Under the pieces are notes generated by a model. It saw only the letters and a list, made by a program, of their open reading frames with translations. It did not search any database and was not told the DNA's origin. Positions 47,760 through 57,821 of a DNA stretch of 64,000 bases are shown in pieces. The DNA is from Candidatus Bathyarchaeota archaeon. Lineage in GTDB: Archaea > Thermoproteota > Bathyarchaeia > Bathyarchaeales > Bathycorpusculaceae. The stretch lies in assembly GCA_963832745.1 (NCBI GenBank), contig CAWHVC010000003.1:64001-128000 (forward strand), in the 5' to 3' direction. Each line of letters starts with the position of its first letter. Positions within the stretch are counted from its first letter, which is position 1. Position numbers and translations under genes: made by a program.

Positions 47760-49281
47760 ACTTTTGCACACTCTTTAATAATTTTTCAATGTCAGGCCGT
47801 TTAGTTTGCCCTGCCAATGTTGTTGAGAATTCTGCGATTCTAGGCAGATATTTGCTGAAGATGCCGAGACGTTTCTTTTCCATGTGTACGTGTTCTTGCC
47901 GGGTTAAAAAGTGCGAAAGCTGCCTTGAAACTTCACGGAGTGCGTTTGCTTCTTCTTTACGGACTTCAATTCGGTCGGAAATAAATTCTTTACCAACCGT
48001 TTTGTAAGGCACTTTTGTGCTGCAAACATGAATCACGATGGCAATCGGCATGTCTGGGGAGACTTTGTAGCGTCGCCAGTTCATAGCTGAAATAACCTTG
48101 TAGGCTACGTCGCTTGCTTCATCATAAAGCAGTGGAATCTTGTTGGCAAAACGGTAAATCACAAAGCCGCCTGTTTTTGGAACGCCTCCACCGTACGCGA
48201 CGGCCATTTCCACGATGAAGGGGTGGCCAGCATACGTGGATGGTTTACGTTGATGAACCACCAGGTACTCAGGGTTTAACTCTTTCACGACACCTGCTTT
48301 AAGCAGTTCTTCACCTAAAGGTGAAAGGCAGCTTGCGTCAGGAGGCAAGAAATCCTTGTACTTCTTAAGGTTCTGCATTAACTTTACAATTTCTTCATGT
48401 GTAAGCTTCTTAGGGCTCTTGTTTACAGGGATTCCTGCAAATTCAAGGAATTTTTGAGCAGTGATTTCACCGACCCTATGGAAATGTTGCCTAAGGAAAG
48501 TGGACATATTAGTGCAGGTGGTTAATTGGATAAGACGCTGGAGTAACTCGACATCCACGCCGTAAGGATGCGGAAGAGTTTCCGTTGGAGGATCAGGCAT
48601 GTTTGTTGTGGCACGGGTAAACTTGTAAAGCCTGCCTTTTGGGTCAACAAAGGTAATGTTCGCGTACGGATTAACCATAGCTGTCTGCTTGAAGTACTCA
48701 ATAATTTTAGGCATAGCCCTCAGGTAGTCGCCTTCAAGAGAGAATTCAATGATTGTTCCACGCCAACCGTCCTTGTTAATGAGGACTTTACGGTCTAAAA
48801 TTATAGGTTTGTTACGTTGGATATCAATCATTAATTTGAAACTGTAAATTTTTTCTTGACCAGTACTTGAAGTAATCATGACAGGTTGGTGTGTCGTGAT
48901 TTGTCCATATAGGACAGCCATTTTCCCGCCTAAACCGAAGGTGCCTCTGGCCTGTTTAAGCTTGTATTTTGAACCATAAAGGACTTGACCAAAAGCGGAG
49001 GGAATGAATCTTGGTTGAATGCCGCTGCCGTTGTCTTGAACGCGGAGCTTGTAGATTTGGGTGTCCTTGGTGGCTTCTCCTTCAAATGATAAACGCACGT
49101 AAACGTCTGGAGGGATTTTTTGGCTTTCTGCGGCGTCAAGCGAGTTTTCTACTACTTCACGGATTGCCACGAATATGCTTCTTGACGGATTGGTTAAGCC
49201 TGCGATGTCTCGGTTTCGGTAGAAAAAGTCCGATACACTCATTTCTTCAAAGGTTGCTTGAGACACTTGTCGCTTACCCAC
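47740..49281 (-). CDS. top6B: DNA topoisomerase VI subunit B
   Basis: EVVENSLDA, DNGSGI, RGTFGLG, RFANKIPLLYD. Confidence 0.96.
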   Translation of the reverse strand: MGKRQVSQATFEEMSVSDFFYRNRDIAGLTNPSRSIFVAIREVVENSLDAAESQKIPPDVYVRLSFEGEATKDTQIYKLRVQDNGSGIQPRFIPSAFGQVLYGSKYKLKQARGTFGLGGKMAVLYGQITTHQPVMITSSTGQEKIYSFKLMIDIQRNKPIILDRKVLINKDGWRGTIIEFSLEGDYLRAMPKIIEYFKQTAMVNPYANITFVDPKGRLYKFTRATTNMPDPPTETLPHPYGVDVELLQRLIQLTTCTNMSTFLRQHFHRVGEITAQKFLEFAGIPVNKSPKKLTHEEIVKLMQNLKKYKDFLPPDASCLSPLGEELLKAGVVKELNPEYLVVHQRKPSTYAGHPFIVEMAVAYGGGVPKTGGFVIYRFANKIPLLYDEASDVAYKVISAMNWRRYKVSPDMPIAIVIHVCSTKVPYKTVGKEFISDRIEVRKEEANALREVSRQLSHFLTRQEHVHMEKKRLGIFSKYLPRIAEFSTTLAGQTKRPDIEKLLKSVQKYGTEES

Positions 49282-49688
49282 TTTCCCAGTTTAAAGTTGT
49301 CTAATTTCCGTTAGTATATTTGTTGCTTGTTCTTTAAGTTAACTGCACTTAAAGATTAAACTTTTCATTTCTAAAAAGAGCAGAAAATATGGGTATGGAC
49401 TTTTTTGCCTTAAATGAGTATAAAAAACTGGTTATAGACAACCGTAAAAGATGATAAGTGCCTGTGGATGGATGAAGAACCAGTTTTTTGGTTTAGAAGG
49501 TACGCTTCATTAATTATATCTTTAGCTGGAATCTTGTTTCTTTTGACAGCAAACTGCTTAAAGAAACACTAAAAAATCTTGAAAAACCAAAATTTAGCGT
49601 TTAATTTGGGGGTAAGACAAATAATTTAAAATAACCCCTTTATGTTTAATGTAGCAATTAACTTCAATACACAGGTTGGAACTGTAAC

Positions 49689-49883
49689 ATGAGTGAAGGC
49701 GACACTTACTGGGTAACTTTAGCTGAAAAAATAGTTGGAATAACCTTAATCATCATCAGCGGATTAATGCTTTACTGGACTTTAACAACAGACTTAGGAA
49801 TGGTCACTTGGTTGTTTGCACTCTTAGGAGCAGTAGTTTTAATCATCGGCATCTTCCTACTGCTTGTTAGAGCACCAGAATAA
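49689..49883 (+). CDS. Small two-TM membrane protein
   Basis: Two hydrophobic helices. Confidence 0.65.
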   Translation: MSEGDTYWVTLAEKIVGITLIIISGLMLYWTLTTDLGMVTWLFALLGAVVLIIGIFLLLVRAPE

Positions 49884-49930
49884 ACCACATTCTAACCTTT
49901 ACAATTTTCAACTTTAACCCAAACTTTTGG

Positions 49931-50374
49931 TTACATTGCTGGCGCTGATACTTCCTGCTTCATCGCAAGATAAATTTTCATTTCAATCTCTTTGCTTTTC
50001 TGGTCAACCTTGCCGTCAATATCAAGTTTTAAATTGTTAATCCAGCTAAGTCTCGCAGAATTTGTCATGCAAACTACTTGACCTTTAATGGTGCCTTTCA
50101 TGTCGGGTTCTTGCATTCCAGTACCGCTTCCGGTAAGCATCACATTATCGCCTTCTTTTGTTGTTTCTGCCGCTTTGATTTGCCAATCCATTGTTCCGTC
50201 CGGTTTAATGTTAGCATCAACTGTTTCTGCATGTATGGCGTGGTAGCGGCCTTTTACTTCACCTGAAGAATTGTACTGCATCGATGCACCGTTTTGATTG
50301 AAGTCTTTAATGATTATTGCATCTATCTTTTCTTTGATTTCAACTATTGGTTCTCTTTTTTCCATAAAATTCAC
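49931..50374 (-). CDS. Hypothetical beta-rich protein
   Basis: 147-aa ORF with alternating beta-strand pattern and TNSARLSWIN motif. Confidence 0.6.
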   Translation of the reverse strand: MNFMEKREPIVEIKEKIDAIIIKDFNQNGASMQYNSSGEVKGRYHAIHAETVDANIKPDGTMDWQIKAAETTKEGDNVMLTGSGTGMQEPDMKGTIKGQVVCMTNSARLSWINNLKLDIDGKVDQKSKEIEMKIYLAMKQEVSAPAM

Positions 50375-50534
50375 CCTAAAAAGAGGACTATGGAAGCTTT
50401 TTATTACTATGTGACTGTGTCAAAACACTAACAATTTTAAAACGCAAAGCCATCAGAGCAATGTTAAGGGCGCAATTTTAGAACAGAAGACTTTATGAGC
50501 TAACTTGACAGTAAAGCTGGGAGCCGGTTAATCG

Positions 50535-52043
50535 ATGTCAAAGCCTGATAAGTCGCGTAACCAAAACTGCACTGAATCAAACCCTGAAGGCTATCTTCCA
50601 CGTTCGCTTTATGTACTTGAAAATGACCCGCGTGCAAACATCAGAGAAATAGTAAACACCATCTTTCCAGACAAACTAATGATGGTTTTATCGCTTATCC
50701 TAATCCCAATAATCCTTTTACCATTCATAATACAACTGGACACGGTTGTTTTAGAATTTTTTGACATTTGCGACGGCATAATTTTAACACTTTTCATCGC
50801 AGAATACACAACGAAACTTTACTGTGCAGAAAACCGCTGGAAACACTTCAAATCACCATGGCACATTGTCGACTTAATCATTATTGCATTACCCTTCAGC
50901 AGGTACTTATCATTCGTAGAACTCGGCATCACAGGTTCACCATCACTCCTGTTACGGCTTCTAAGGTTGCCTAGAGCTTTGGCAGTCGGCAGCAGAGCAG
51001 TAGCCAGCAGAAGAACCAACAATAACTTCACAACCGACAAACTTGATACTGACCCTGAAATTGTGATTCGCCAAGTTGACTCTGACCTTAAAACTGTTCA
51101 TAACAATCTAACTTGGGAAGAACTTGAAGCACATGTTTCTGATAGAAACAGGCAAGAATGGATTGATTTGCATAACGTTTCTGGAGAGGGCTTCAAACGT
51201 TTAAGCGGTATACTGCAGATTTCGGAGCCTCATTTCAAAAGCGGCTTGATGGATGAGATTTATCCTCATATTGATTATTTGCAGAAGGCTTCGTTTATTT
51301 TCTTGCAGGCAGGCAAAATAAAGTATCCTGAACATGCAGATGCTTACTTGACCATTTCAAGGTCAGGAATCATTGTTATCTGCAATGGAACAAAAATCTT
51401 CACGGTTTCACGCCACAGCATAGACTTGCCCACCAGTATTCTGAGCCGAGTAAACCAAACAAGACATAACCAAACGTTCATGGTTCCAGTGTTGTACGGA
51501 ATTTTTGAGCACATGCTTGAAGATTACAAACAGATTCTAAGCGAAATAGAAATTGAAATAATAAAAATCGGTAGCACTCCACGGTCAAATTTGCCTAAAG
51601 ATTTTCTTGAAAGAATATACATGCTTGACAAGGAAGTTTCAAGGCTTGTTTCAAACCTTGTGCACTTCAAAGACTTGCTTGGGATAATCATTGCCAGAAA
51701 AGTGCCGCTTGAAGGCTTTGACAAAAACGCAGAAGAAGCATTTCAAGTTTTACAAGACAGCGCCATTTACCTTAATGAAATCGCCCATGACTCAATAGAT
51801 AACCTGCGTTCAACCATTGACTTGTACATTAACCAAACTTCATTTGAAACCAACCGAATACTGAAAATTTTAGCGGTTATAACCAGCATCGCCGTTATTC
51901 CCTCAGCTATCGGAGGAATAATGGGCATGAACCTGCTTGATGTACCCTTTGGGGTTTACCTGTGGCAGTTATGCTTCGTAATTGGGGTAGCTATGACGTT
52001 TGCAGTGTACATGTTTTACAAGCTTGGATGGCTAAAAACATAA
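50535..52043 (+). CDS. Voltage-sensor domain (S1-S4) fused to a CorA-family divalent cation transporter
   Basis: S2 F..EY..K, S3 W..VD, S4 LRLLRLPR; CorA WIDL, stalk helix, GMN signature and two C-terminal TM helices. Confidence 0.85.
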   Translation: MSKPDKSRNQNCTESNPEGYLPRSLYVLENDPRANIREIVNTIFPDKLMMVLSLILIPIILLPFIIQLDTVVLEFFDICDGIILTLFIAEYTTKLYCAENRWKHFKSPWHIVDLIIIALPFSRYLSFVELGITGSPSLLLRLLRLPRALAVGSRAVASRRTNNNFTTDKLDTDPEIVIRQVDSDLKTVHNNLTWEELEAHVSDRNRQEWIDLHNVSGEGFKRLSGILQISEPHFKSGLMDEIYPHIDYLQKASFIFLQAGKIKYPEHADAYLTISRSGIIVICNGTKIFTVSRHSIDLPTSILSRVNQTRHNQTFMVPVLYGIFEHMLEDYKQILSEIEIEIIKIGSTPRSNLPKDFLERIYMLDKEVSRLVSNLVHFKDLLGIIIARKVPLEGFDKNAEEAFQVLQDSAIYLNEIAHDSIDNLRSTIDLYINQTSFETNRILKILAVITSIAVIPSAIGGIMGMNLLDVPFGVYLWQLCFVIGVAMTFAVYMFYKLGWLKT

Positions 52044-52049
52044 GGCAGT

Positions 52050-53153
52050 TTACTTGTAAGTGAGTGTGGAGCATAACTCTTCTACGGTACGGTTAAGGGT
52101 TAATTCCGCCATGTTTCTGCCGTAATCCAGAATGCGCCGTGTGCTATCAAAAATCAGCCGCAAAACAGAGGTTACGCTTGGGTCAAGCTTCTTGCTGGAA
52201 AGCAGCATAACCAACTCGTTCTCTAAAGGCAACAGGGATTCACGTTTTGAAATCAGTTTTTCTGCATCTTTGTAGTCACGTTTGAAGACTGCTTTTATTG
52301 CATCCTCGTAAAGTTGCTGAGCTTGACCTGAAAAACTGACAATCTGAGAATAAATCTCCTCATCCAAGGGGTCCTTAACAAAGAGGGTTTCGTCATCAAG
52401 GAGTTTTTGAAAAGCGGAAAGATGGTTAATGATATTTACCGCGTTTTCACTTATGTTTTCGATATCGTTTACGGCTATGCGGTAAAGCAGGAACTCTTTT
52501 GGAGTGCGGAAACCTAATTCACGGTACAGGTTGCGTTCTATTCCATATTTTAGTTGGCGAACAATGTAAAGACCAAGACGGTTAACATCATTATGCGCGT
52601 TAATTACGCTTTCAAAGAGGACACTGTTTCGGTCTTGCAGTGCAGCTACGGCGTCACGGTTTGCAGCTAAGGCAACAATTGCCATTCGTCTGATGGCTTT
52701 TTCAATTGAGAACTCCGAATGCCTGATTAGGATTTGTAATGTGATTTCGTCTGGTGTTTCATCAATTATTTCGGAGCCCAGAAAGGTGTCACGGGCAAAA
52801 TTTTTCATTTCGATTTTGACTTTTGCAGCGTCTTTTACGTTTTTGAAGTGTATTCGTATTATGTCGGCGCCGATTGCGTAAAGTGCACGTATCATGCGTA
52901 AAGCTGATTCGGGTGACTCTTTGGGGTCCACGTTTATAACGTACTCTTTGGGTTTGGCAGAGTCTCCTGCGCCTTCTTTTTCGTTGATTTTTCTAGGAAC
53001 CAAATTTAGGGTGGAGTCTGGTTGAATGTTAAAGGCGATTTCGCTTCCCCGTTTTAGGCCAAGGTCTTGTATCCATTCTTTGGGTAGCGAGATGATGTAT
53101 GAGCCTCTGCCAGTGCTTTGGACTCGTCGGTAGCCTAGGTCTTTTTCTGCCAT
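52050..53153 (-). CDS. AbrB-PhoU family regulator
   Basis: RRVQSTGRGSYIISLPKEW (AbrB) followed by two PhoU helical repeats. Confidence 0.88.
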   Translation of the reverse strand: MAEKDLGYRRVQSTGRGSYIISLPKEWIQDLGLKRGSEIAFNIQPDSTLNLVPRKINEKEGAGDSAKPKEYVINVDPKESPESALRMIRALYAIGADIIRIHFKNVKDAAKVKIEMKNFARDTFLGSEIIDETPDEITLQILIRHSEFSIEKAIRRMAIVALAANRDAVAALQDRNSVLFESVINAHNDVNRLGLYIVRQLKYGIERNLYRELGFRTPKEFLLYRIAVNDIENISENAVNIINHLSAFQKLLDDETLFVKDPLDEEIYSQIVSFSGQAQQLYEDAIKAVFKRDYKDAEKLISKRESLLPLENELVMLLSSKKLDPSVTSVLRLIFDSTRRILDYGRNMAELTLNRTVEELCSTLTYK

Positions 53154-53439
53154 GAAAACGCACGTTTATACATATATTTCATTTAGATAACATGTATCAT
53201 TAACTGGCATATAAATGATTTTCAACAAAGTTATATAGAATACATGCATTTAAGTGGCAACACTACTAGTGAGAAGGGCCCATATGCCAATAAACAGTTG
53301 TAGAATAGTCCTGAAAGATTCAGAGCAAAAAAGCACAACCAACGGTGTCGTATGCACAAAAGACACCGACTTGTACATTTCGTTGCTCATTTGCCCACGC
53401 TAAAACACTAAAAATCGTTTAAATGAGGTAAATTAAAAA

Positions 53440-53880
53440 TTGAAAAGAATAATCGCTAAACAAGAGAACTGTATAGGCTGCGGATTATGCGAAGTAGCCT
53501 GCACCGTACAGCACTCAAAATCAAAAGACACAATCAAAGCTTACAACAGCGAACGCCCTAAACCAATAAGCAGAGTACGCTTAGAAATGAACAAACCAGT
53601 CTCCTTTGCAATCCAATGCCGCCACTGCGAAGATGCACCATGCGTAACCGCCTGTCTAGCCGGCGCAATGCAAAAAGACCCAGAAACAAACCTAATCACT
53701 CACAACAAAGACAAATGCATAGGCTGCTGGACATGCATAATGGTTTGCCCATATGGAGCCATCAAAATGGACAAGCAAGGCAAAGTAGTTGCTAAATGCG
53801 ACTTCTGTGTAGAACTTAAAGAGCCAGCATGTGTAGCCAACTGCCCCAACCAAGCATTAGTACTAAAAGAGGTACCGTAA
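53440..53880 (+). CDS. 4Fe-4S dicluster ferredoxin subunit of glutamate synthase cluster
   Basis: CIGCGLCEVAC, CRHCEDAPC, CIGCWTCIMVCP, CDFC. Confidence 0.92.
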   Translation: MKRIIAKQENCIGCGLCEVACTVQHSKSKDTIKAYNSERPKPISRVRLEMNKPVSFAIQCRHCEDAPCVTACLAGAMQKDPETNLITHNKDKCIGCWTCIMVCPYGAIKMDKQGKVVAKCDFCVELKEPACVANCPNQALVLKEVP

Positions 53881-53881
53881 A

Positions 53882-55162
53882 ATGGCAAAGTACGTTATTG
53901 TTGGTGCTTCAGCGGCAGGCATAGGCGCAGTTGAAGCTATCCGCGAAGAAGACCCACAGGGTTCAATCACTGTCATCTCTGAAGAGCAATGCACATACTA
54001 TAGTAGACCAATGATTAGCGAGTTCGTAAGCGGTAAAGCAGATGCCCAAAAAATGAAGTGCCGAAACGATGATTTCTGGAAAGAAAATAATGTAGATGCA
54101 AAAACCTGCCAAAAAGCAGTCTCATTAGACCTTACCGCTAAAATTGTCAGCCTTGAAAACGGCGAAAAAGTCGCCTACGAAAAACTCCTAATTGCAACAG
54201 GCGGCAAACCGTTTGTTCCAAAAATGGAGGGTCAAGACAAAGATGGCGTATTCACATTCACAACCCTATCCGACGCGCAACAACTTGCAGCAAAGATTGA
54301 TCAAATACAAGCAAAAAGCGCAGTTGTTATCGGAGCAGGCTTAATAGGCATAAGCGTAACCGACGCCCTTGTCAAACGAGGCTTAAAAGTTACCGTAGTC
54401 GAGTTGCAAGAAAAGATTCTAAGTTTACTTCTTGACGTCAAAGCATCAGACATAGTTGAAAGCACCATCAAAAGTGCAGGCGTAAACTTTGCAACTGGCC
54501 AGTCAGTCCAAAAAATCATTGGACGCCCAGACAACGGCAATGCAGTTGGCGGAGTAATCTTAACCAAAGGCGACACAGTGCCATGTGATATCGTGATTGT
54601 AGCCATCGGTGTTATTCCACGCACTGAACTGGTTGCAGGAACAGCAGTTAAAATCAACAGGGGCATCGTCGTGGACAATTACATGCAAACAAGTGTTCCA
54701 GACGTTTACGCCAGCGGCGACGTAGCCGAAGCTTACGATTACATCCTAAATCAGAACCGCCTGTTACCTCTTTGGCCACTTGCAATTTTGGAGGGTAGAA
54801 CCGCAGGTTACAACATGACAGGCAAAAAAGCCGCTTACGAAGGCGGAACAAACATGAGCAGCCTCAAATATTTCGGCGTACCAATTGTTTCCATCGGTTT
54901 ATCTAACCCCAAGGATGACCCAACCCTTGAAGTTCTTGTTAAACAAGACACTGACAAGGGCACCTACAAAAAGTTGGTGCTAAAAGACAACGTTATCGTT
55001 GGCATGACAATGGTTAACGCCATTGAACGTTCCGGAATCATCTTCAACCTATTAAAGAAACATATTGACGTTAAAGACTTCAAACAAGACCTGCTAAGGG
55101 ACGATTTTAGCTTAGCGTTCCTGCCAGTTAGTCTTCAAAAACAAATGAGTGTGGTGCAATAA
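53882..55162 (+). CDS. NAD(P)H/FAD-dependent oxidoreductase (NirB/Nox-like)
   Basis: GASAAG, IATGG, GAGLIG, YASGD. Confidence 0.9.
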   Translation: MAKYVIVGASAAGIGAVEAIREEDPQGSITVISEEQCTYYSRPMISEFVSGKADAQKMKCRNDDFWKENNVDAKTCQKAVSLDLTAKIVSLENGEKVAYEKLLIATGGKPFVPKMEGQDKDGVFTFTTLSDAQQLAAKIDQIQAKSAVVIGAGLIGISVTDALVKRGLKVTVVELQEKILSLLLDVKASDIVESTIKSAGVNFATGQSVQKIIGRPDNGNAVGGVILTKGDTVPCDIVIVAIGVIPRTELVAGTAVKINRGIVVDNYMQTSVPDVYASGDVAEAYDYILNQNRLLPLWPLAILEGRTAGYNMTGKKAAYEGGTNMSSLKYFGVPIVSIGLSNPKDDPTLEVLVKQDTDKGTYKKLVLKDNVIVGMTMVNAIERSGIIFNLLKKHIDVKDFKQDLLRDDFSLAFLPVSLQKQMSVVQ

Positions 55163-55163
55163 A

Positions 55164-56288
55164 ATGGACAAGCACGATAGAAAAATAATCAACCCATACG
55201 GCGACGACAAAGACTTTTCAGCCTGCGGCATCTTCGCCATGATGAACACAGAAGGCAACCGCTTCGGCTCAAAAGATCCAGTACGTGCAATGGCAAACAT
55301 GCATGACAGAGGCAACGGACTTGGCGGCGGCTTTGCAGTTTACGGCATATACCCACAATTCAAAGACTACTATGCACTCCACATAATGTACCTGCAAAAA
55401 GATGCAAAGGAGAAAACAGACCGAATCCTCGCATCCAAATTTGACATTATCTATGAGGAAGAAATGCAAAACAAACCAGCCAACGTACGTGACCCACCAA
55501 TCGTTTGGCGGTACTTTGTCCAACCTCAAAAACACAGACCGGAAGGACAATCTGAAGAAGACTATGTCTTAGACGCGGTAATGCGCATAAACACTGAAAC
55601 AGGCAAAGCATTTGTATTTTCAAGCGGCAAAAACATGGGAGTCTTCAAAGGTGTAGGTTTTCCAGAAGACGTTGCAGACTTCTTCTGCTTAGAAGATTAC
55701 CAAGGATACCTTTGGACGTGCCACAGTCGTTTCCCAACCAACACTCCAGGCTGGTGGGGCGGAGCACACCCATTCAACATTTTAGACTGGACGGTAATTC
55801 ATAACGGTGAATTATCATCTTACGGCATCAACCGCCGCTACCTAGAAATGTACGGTTACAAATGCACCATGCAAACAGACACTGAAGTTCTAGCCTACGC
55901 AGTAGACTTACTTATGCGTAGAGAGCACTTGCCAGTTGAACTTGCAGCTAAAGTTTTGGCAGCACCACTCTGGGAAGAAATTGATCACATGCCAGCCAAA
56001 GAAGCAAACTTACTAACAGCATTACGCCAAACCTACGGCAGCCTACTCATGAACGGTCCATTCAGCATTGTAATTGCCAACCAAGATGAAATGATAGGTT
56101 TAACCGACAGAATCAAACTAAGACCACTCGTAGCTGGAATCAACGGTGACTTCACATACCTGTCATCTGAGGAAGCAGCCATTCGTCTTGTATCACCAAA
56201 CCTTGACAATTTCTGGACCCCAAGAGGCGGAGAACCAGTAATTTGCAGATTAAAAAACAGCCGGAAACCCGTTGAGGTTAAGGCATAA
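55164..56288 (+). CDS. Glutamate synthase, glutamine amidotransferase subunit (GltB domain 1)
   Basis: ACGIF (Ntn Cys), DRGNGLGGGF, HSRFPTNT, HNGE, TDTE. Confidence 0.9.
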   Translation: MDKHDRKIINPYGDDKDFSACGIFAMMNTEGNRFGSKDPVRAMANMHDRGNGLGGGFAVYGIYPQFKDYYALHIMYLQKDAKEKTDRILASKFDIIYEEEMQNKPANVRDPPIVWRYFVQPQKHRPEGQSEEDYVLDAVMRINTETGKAFVFSSGKNMGVFKGVGFPEDVADFFCLEDYQGYLWTCHSRFPTNTPGWWGGAHPFNILDWTVIHNGELSSYGINRRYLEMYGYKCTMQTDTEVLAYAVDLLMRREHLPVELAAKVLAAPLWEEIDHMPAKEANLLTALRQTYGSLLMNGPFSIVIANQDEMIGLTDRIKLRPLVAGINGDFTYLSSEEAAIRLVSPNLDNFWTPRGGEPVICRLKNSRKPVEVKA

Positions 56289-56304
56289 CTGGAGAGGAAA
56301 AGAA

Positions 56305-57816
56305 ATGAAGACATACATTATCCCTGAATACCTCGTAGAAAGAGACCCACGACGGTGCATACGTTGCAAAGTATGCGTAAACCAATGCACCTATGACACT
56401 CACTGCTATGATGAAGAAACAGACACCATAGCCAGCAAAGAAGCAAACTGCGTTAACTGCCAAAGATGCGTCACATTCTGCCCAACAAACGCAATCACCA
56501 TACGCAAAAACCCTAACGCCAGTCGAGACAACGCCAACTGGAGCATGGACGCCATCCGCGACGTCAAGAAGCATGCTGAAAACGGTGGAGTAATCATCAC
56601 AGGCATGGGCAACGACAAACCAAACTTCACTTACTGGGACAGACTGCTGCTTAACGCAAGCCAAGTAACCAACCCATCAATAGACCCACTTCGGGAACCA
56701 ATGGAAATCAGAACGTATCTTGGCACAAAACCTGACAAACTAGACATACAAATAGAAAACGGCGAAACAGTCCTCAAAACCAAACTCACACCACAATTAC
56801 GCCTTGATGTTCCAGTCATGTTCTCAGCCATGTCTTACGGCGCCATCAGCCTAAACGTGCATGAATCCCTCGCACGTGCAGCAACAGAATGCGGCACATA
56901 CTTTAACACTGGTGAAGGCGGCTTAGACCAAGGACTCTACAAATACGCAGAGCACACAATCGTCCAAGTTGCTTCAGGCAGATTTGGTGTACACTCGCAA
57001 TACCTTAATGCTGGTGCGGCTGTAGAAATCAAAATTGGTCAAGGCGCAAAACCAGGCATGGGTGGACACTTGCCAGGCGAAAAAGTAACGCCCCCAGTAG
57101 CCAAAACCCGCATGATTCCAACCGGTTCCGATGCGCTTTCACCCTACCCACAACACGACATTTACTCAATCGAAGACCTACGCCAACTAATCTATGCCTT
57201 AAAAGAAGCTACCAACTACGAAAAACCAGTCTCCGTTAAAGTTGCGGCTGTGCACAACATCGCGGCAATAGCAAGCGGCATGGTACGTGCAGGAGCAGAC
57301 ATGATCGCTATCGACGGTGTCAGGGGCGCAACAGGCGCAGCACCTAAAGCCATCCGAGACAACGTAGGCATACCCATTGAACTTGCCCTTTCACAAGTAG
57401 ACCAACGCTTACGTGACGAAGGCATACGCAACCAAGCCTCAGTCGTAATTGCAGGCGGCATACGCAGTAGTTCCGACGTGTTCAAAGCAATCGCATTGGG
57501 TGCAGACGCTGTGTACATTGGCACTGCCGCTTTGATCGCAATGGGCTGCACTGTTTGTCAACGTTGCTACACTGGCAAGTGCCCGTGGGGTATAGCGACA
57601 AGTGACCCATGGATCGGTAAACGAATCAACCCAGACATTGCGTCAAAACGCCTTGTGAACTTGCTGCACAGTTGGACTCACGAAATTAGAGACATGATGG
57701 GTCTAATGGGCATTAACGCTATTGAAAGCTTACGCGGCAACCGCTTAGCATTGCGTGGCGTTGGAATGACCGATAAGGAACTCCAAATTTTGGGAGTAAA
57801 AATGGCTGGAGAGTAA
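56305..57816 (+). CDS. Glutamate synthase, FMN-binding subunit (GltB domain 2) with N-terminal ferredoxin
   Basis: AMSYGA, NTGEGG, QVASGRFGV, EIKIGQGAKPGMGGHLPG, C-x5-C-x4-CP. Confidence 0.95.
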   Translation: MKTYIIPEYLVERDPRRCIRCKVCVNQCTYDTHCYDEETDTIASKEANCVNCQRCVTFCPTNAITIRKNPNASRDNANWSMDAIRDVKKHAENGGVIITGMGNDKPNFTYWDRLLLNASQVTNPSIDPLREPMEIRTYLGTKPDKLDIQIENGETVLKTKLTPQLRLDVPVMFSAMSYGAISLNVHESLARAATECGTYFNTGEGGLDQGLYKYAEHTIVQVASGRFGVHSQYLNAGAAVEIKIGQGAKPGMGGHLPGEKVTPPVAKTRMIPTGSDALSPYPQHDIYSIEDLRQLIYALKEATNYEKPVSVKVAAVHNIAAIASGMVRAGADMIAIDGVRGATGAAPKAIRDNVGIPIELALSQVDQRLRDEGIRNQASVVIAGGIRSSSDVFKAIALGADAVYIGTAALIAMGCTVCQRCYTGKCPWGIATSDPWIGKRINPDIASKRLVNLLHSWTHEIRDMMGLMGINAIESLRGNRLALRGVGMTDKELQILGVKMAGE

Positions 57817-57821
57817 AAAGT

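Noticed and set aside
49450-49500. Second box C/D sRNA
   Set aside because: C-like boxes are present but there are no convincing D/D' boxes or terminal stem.
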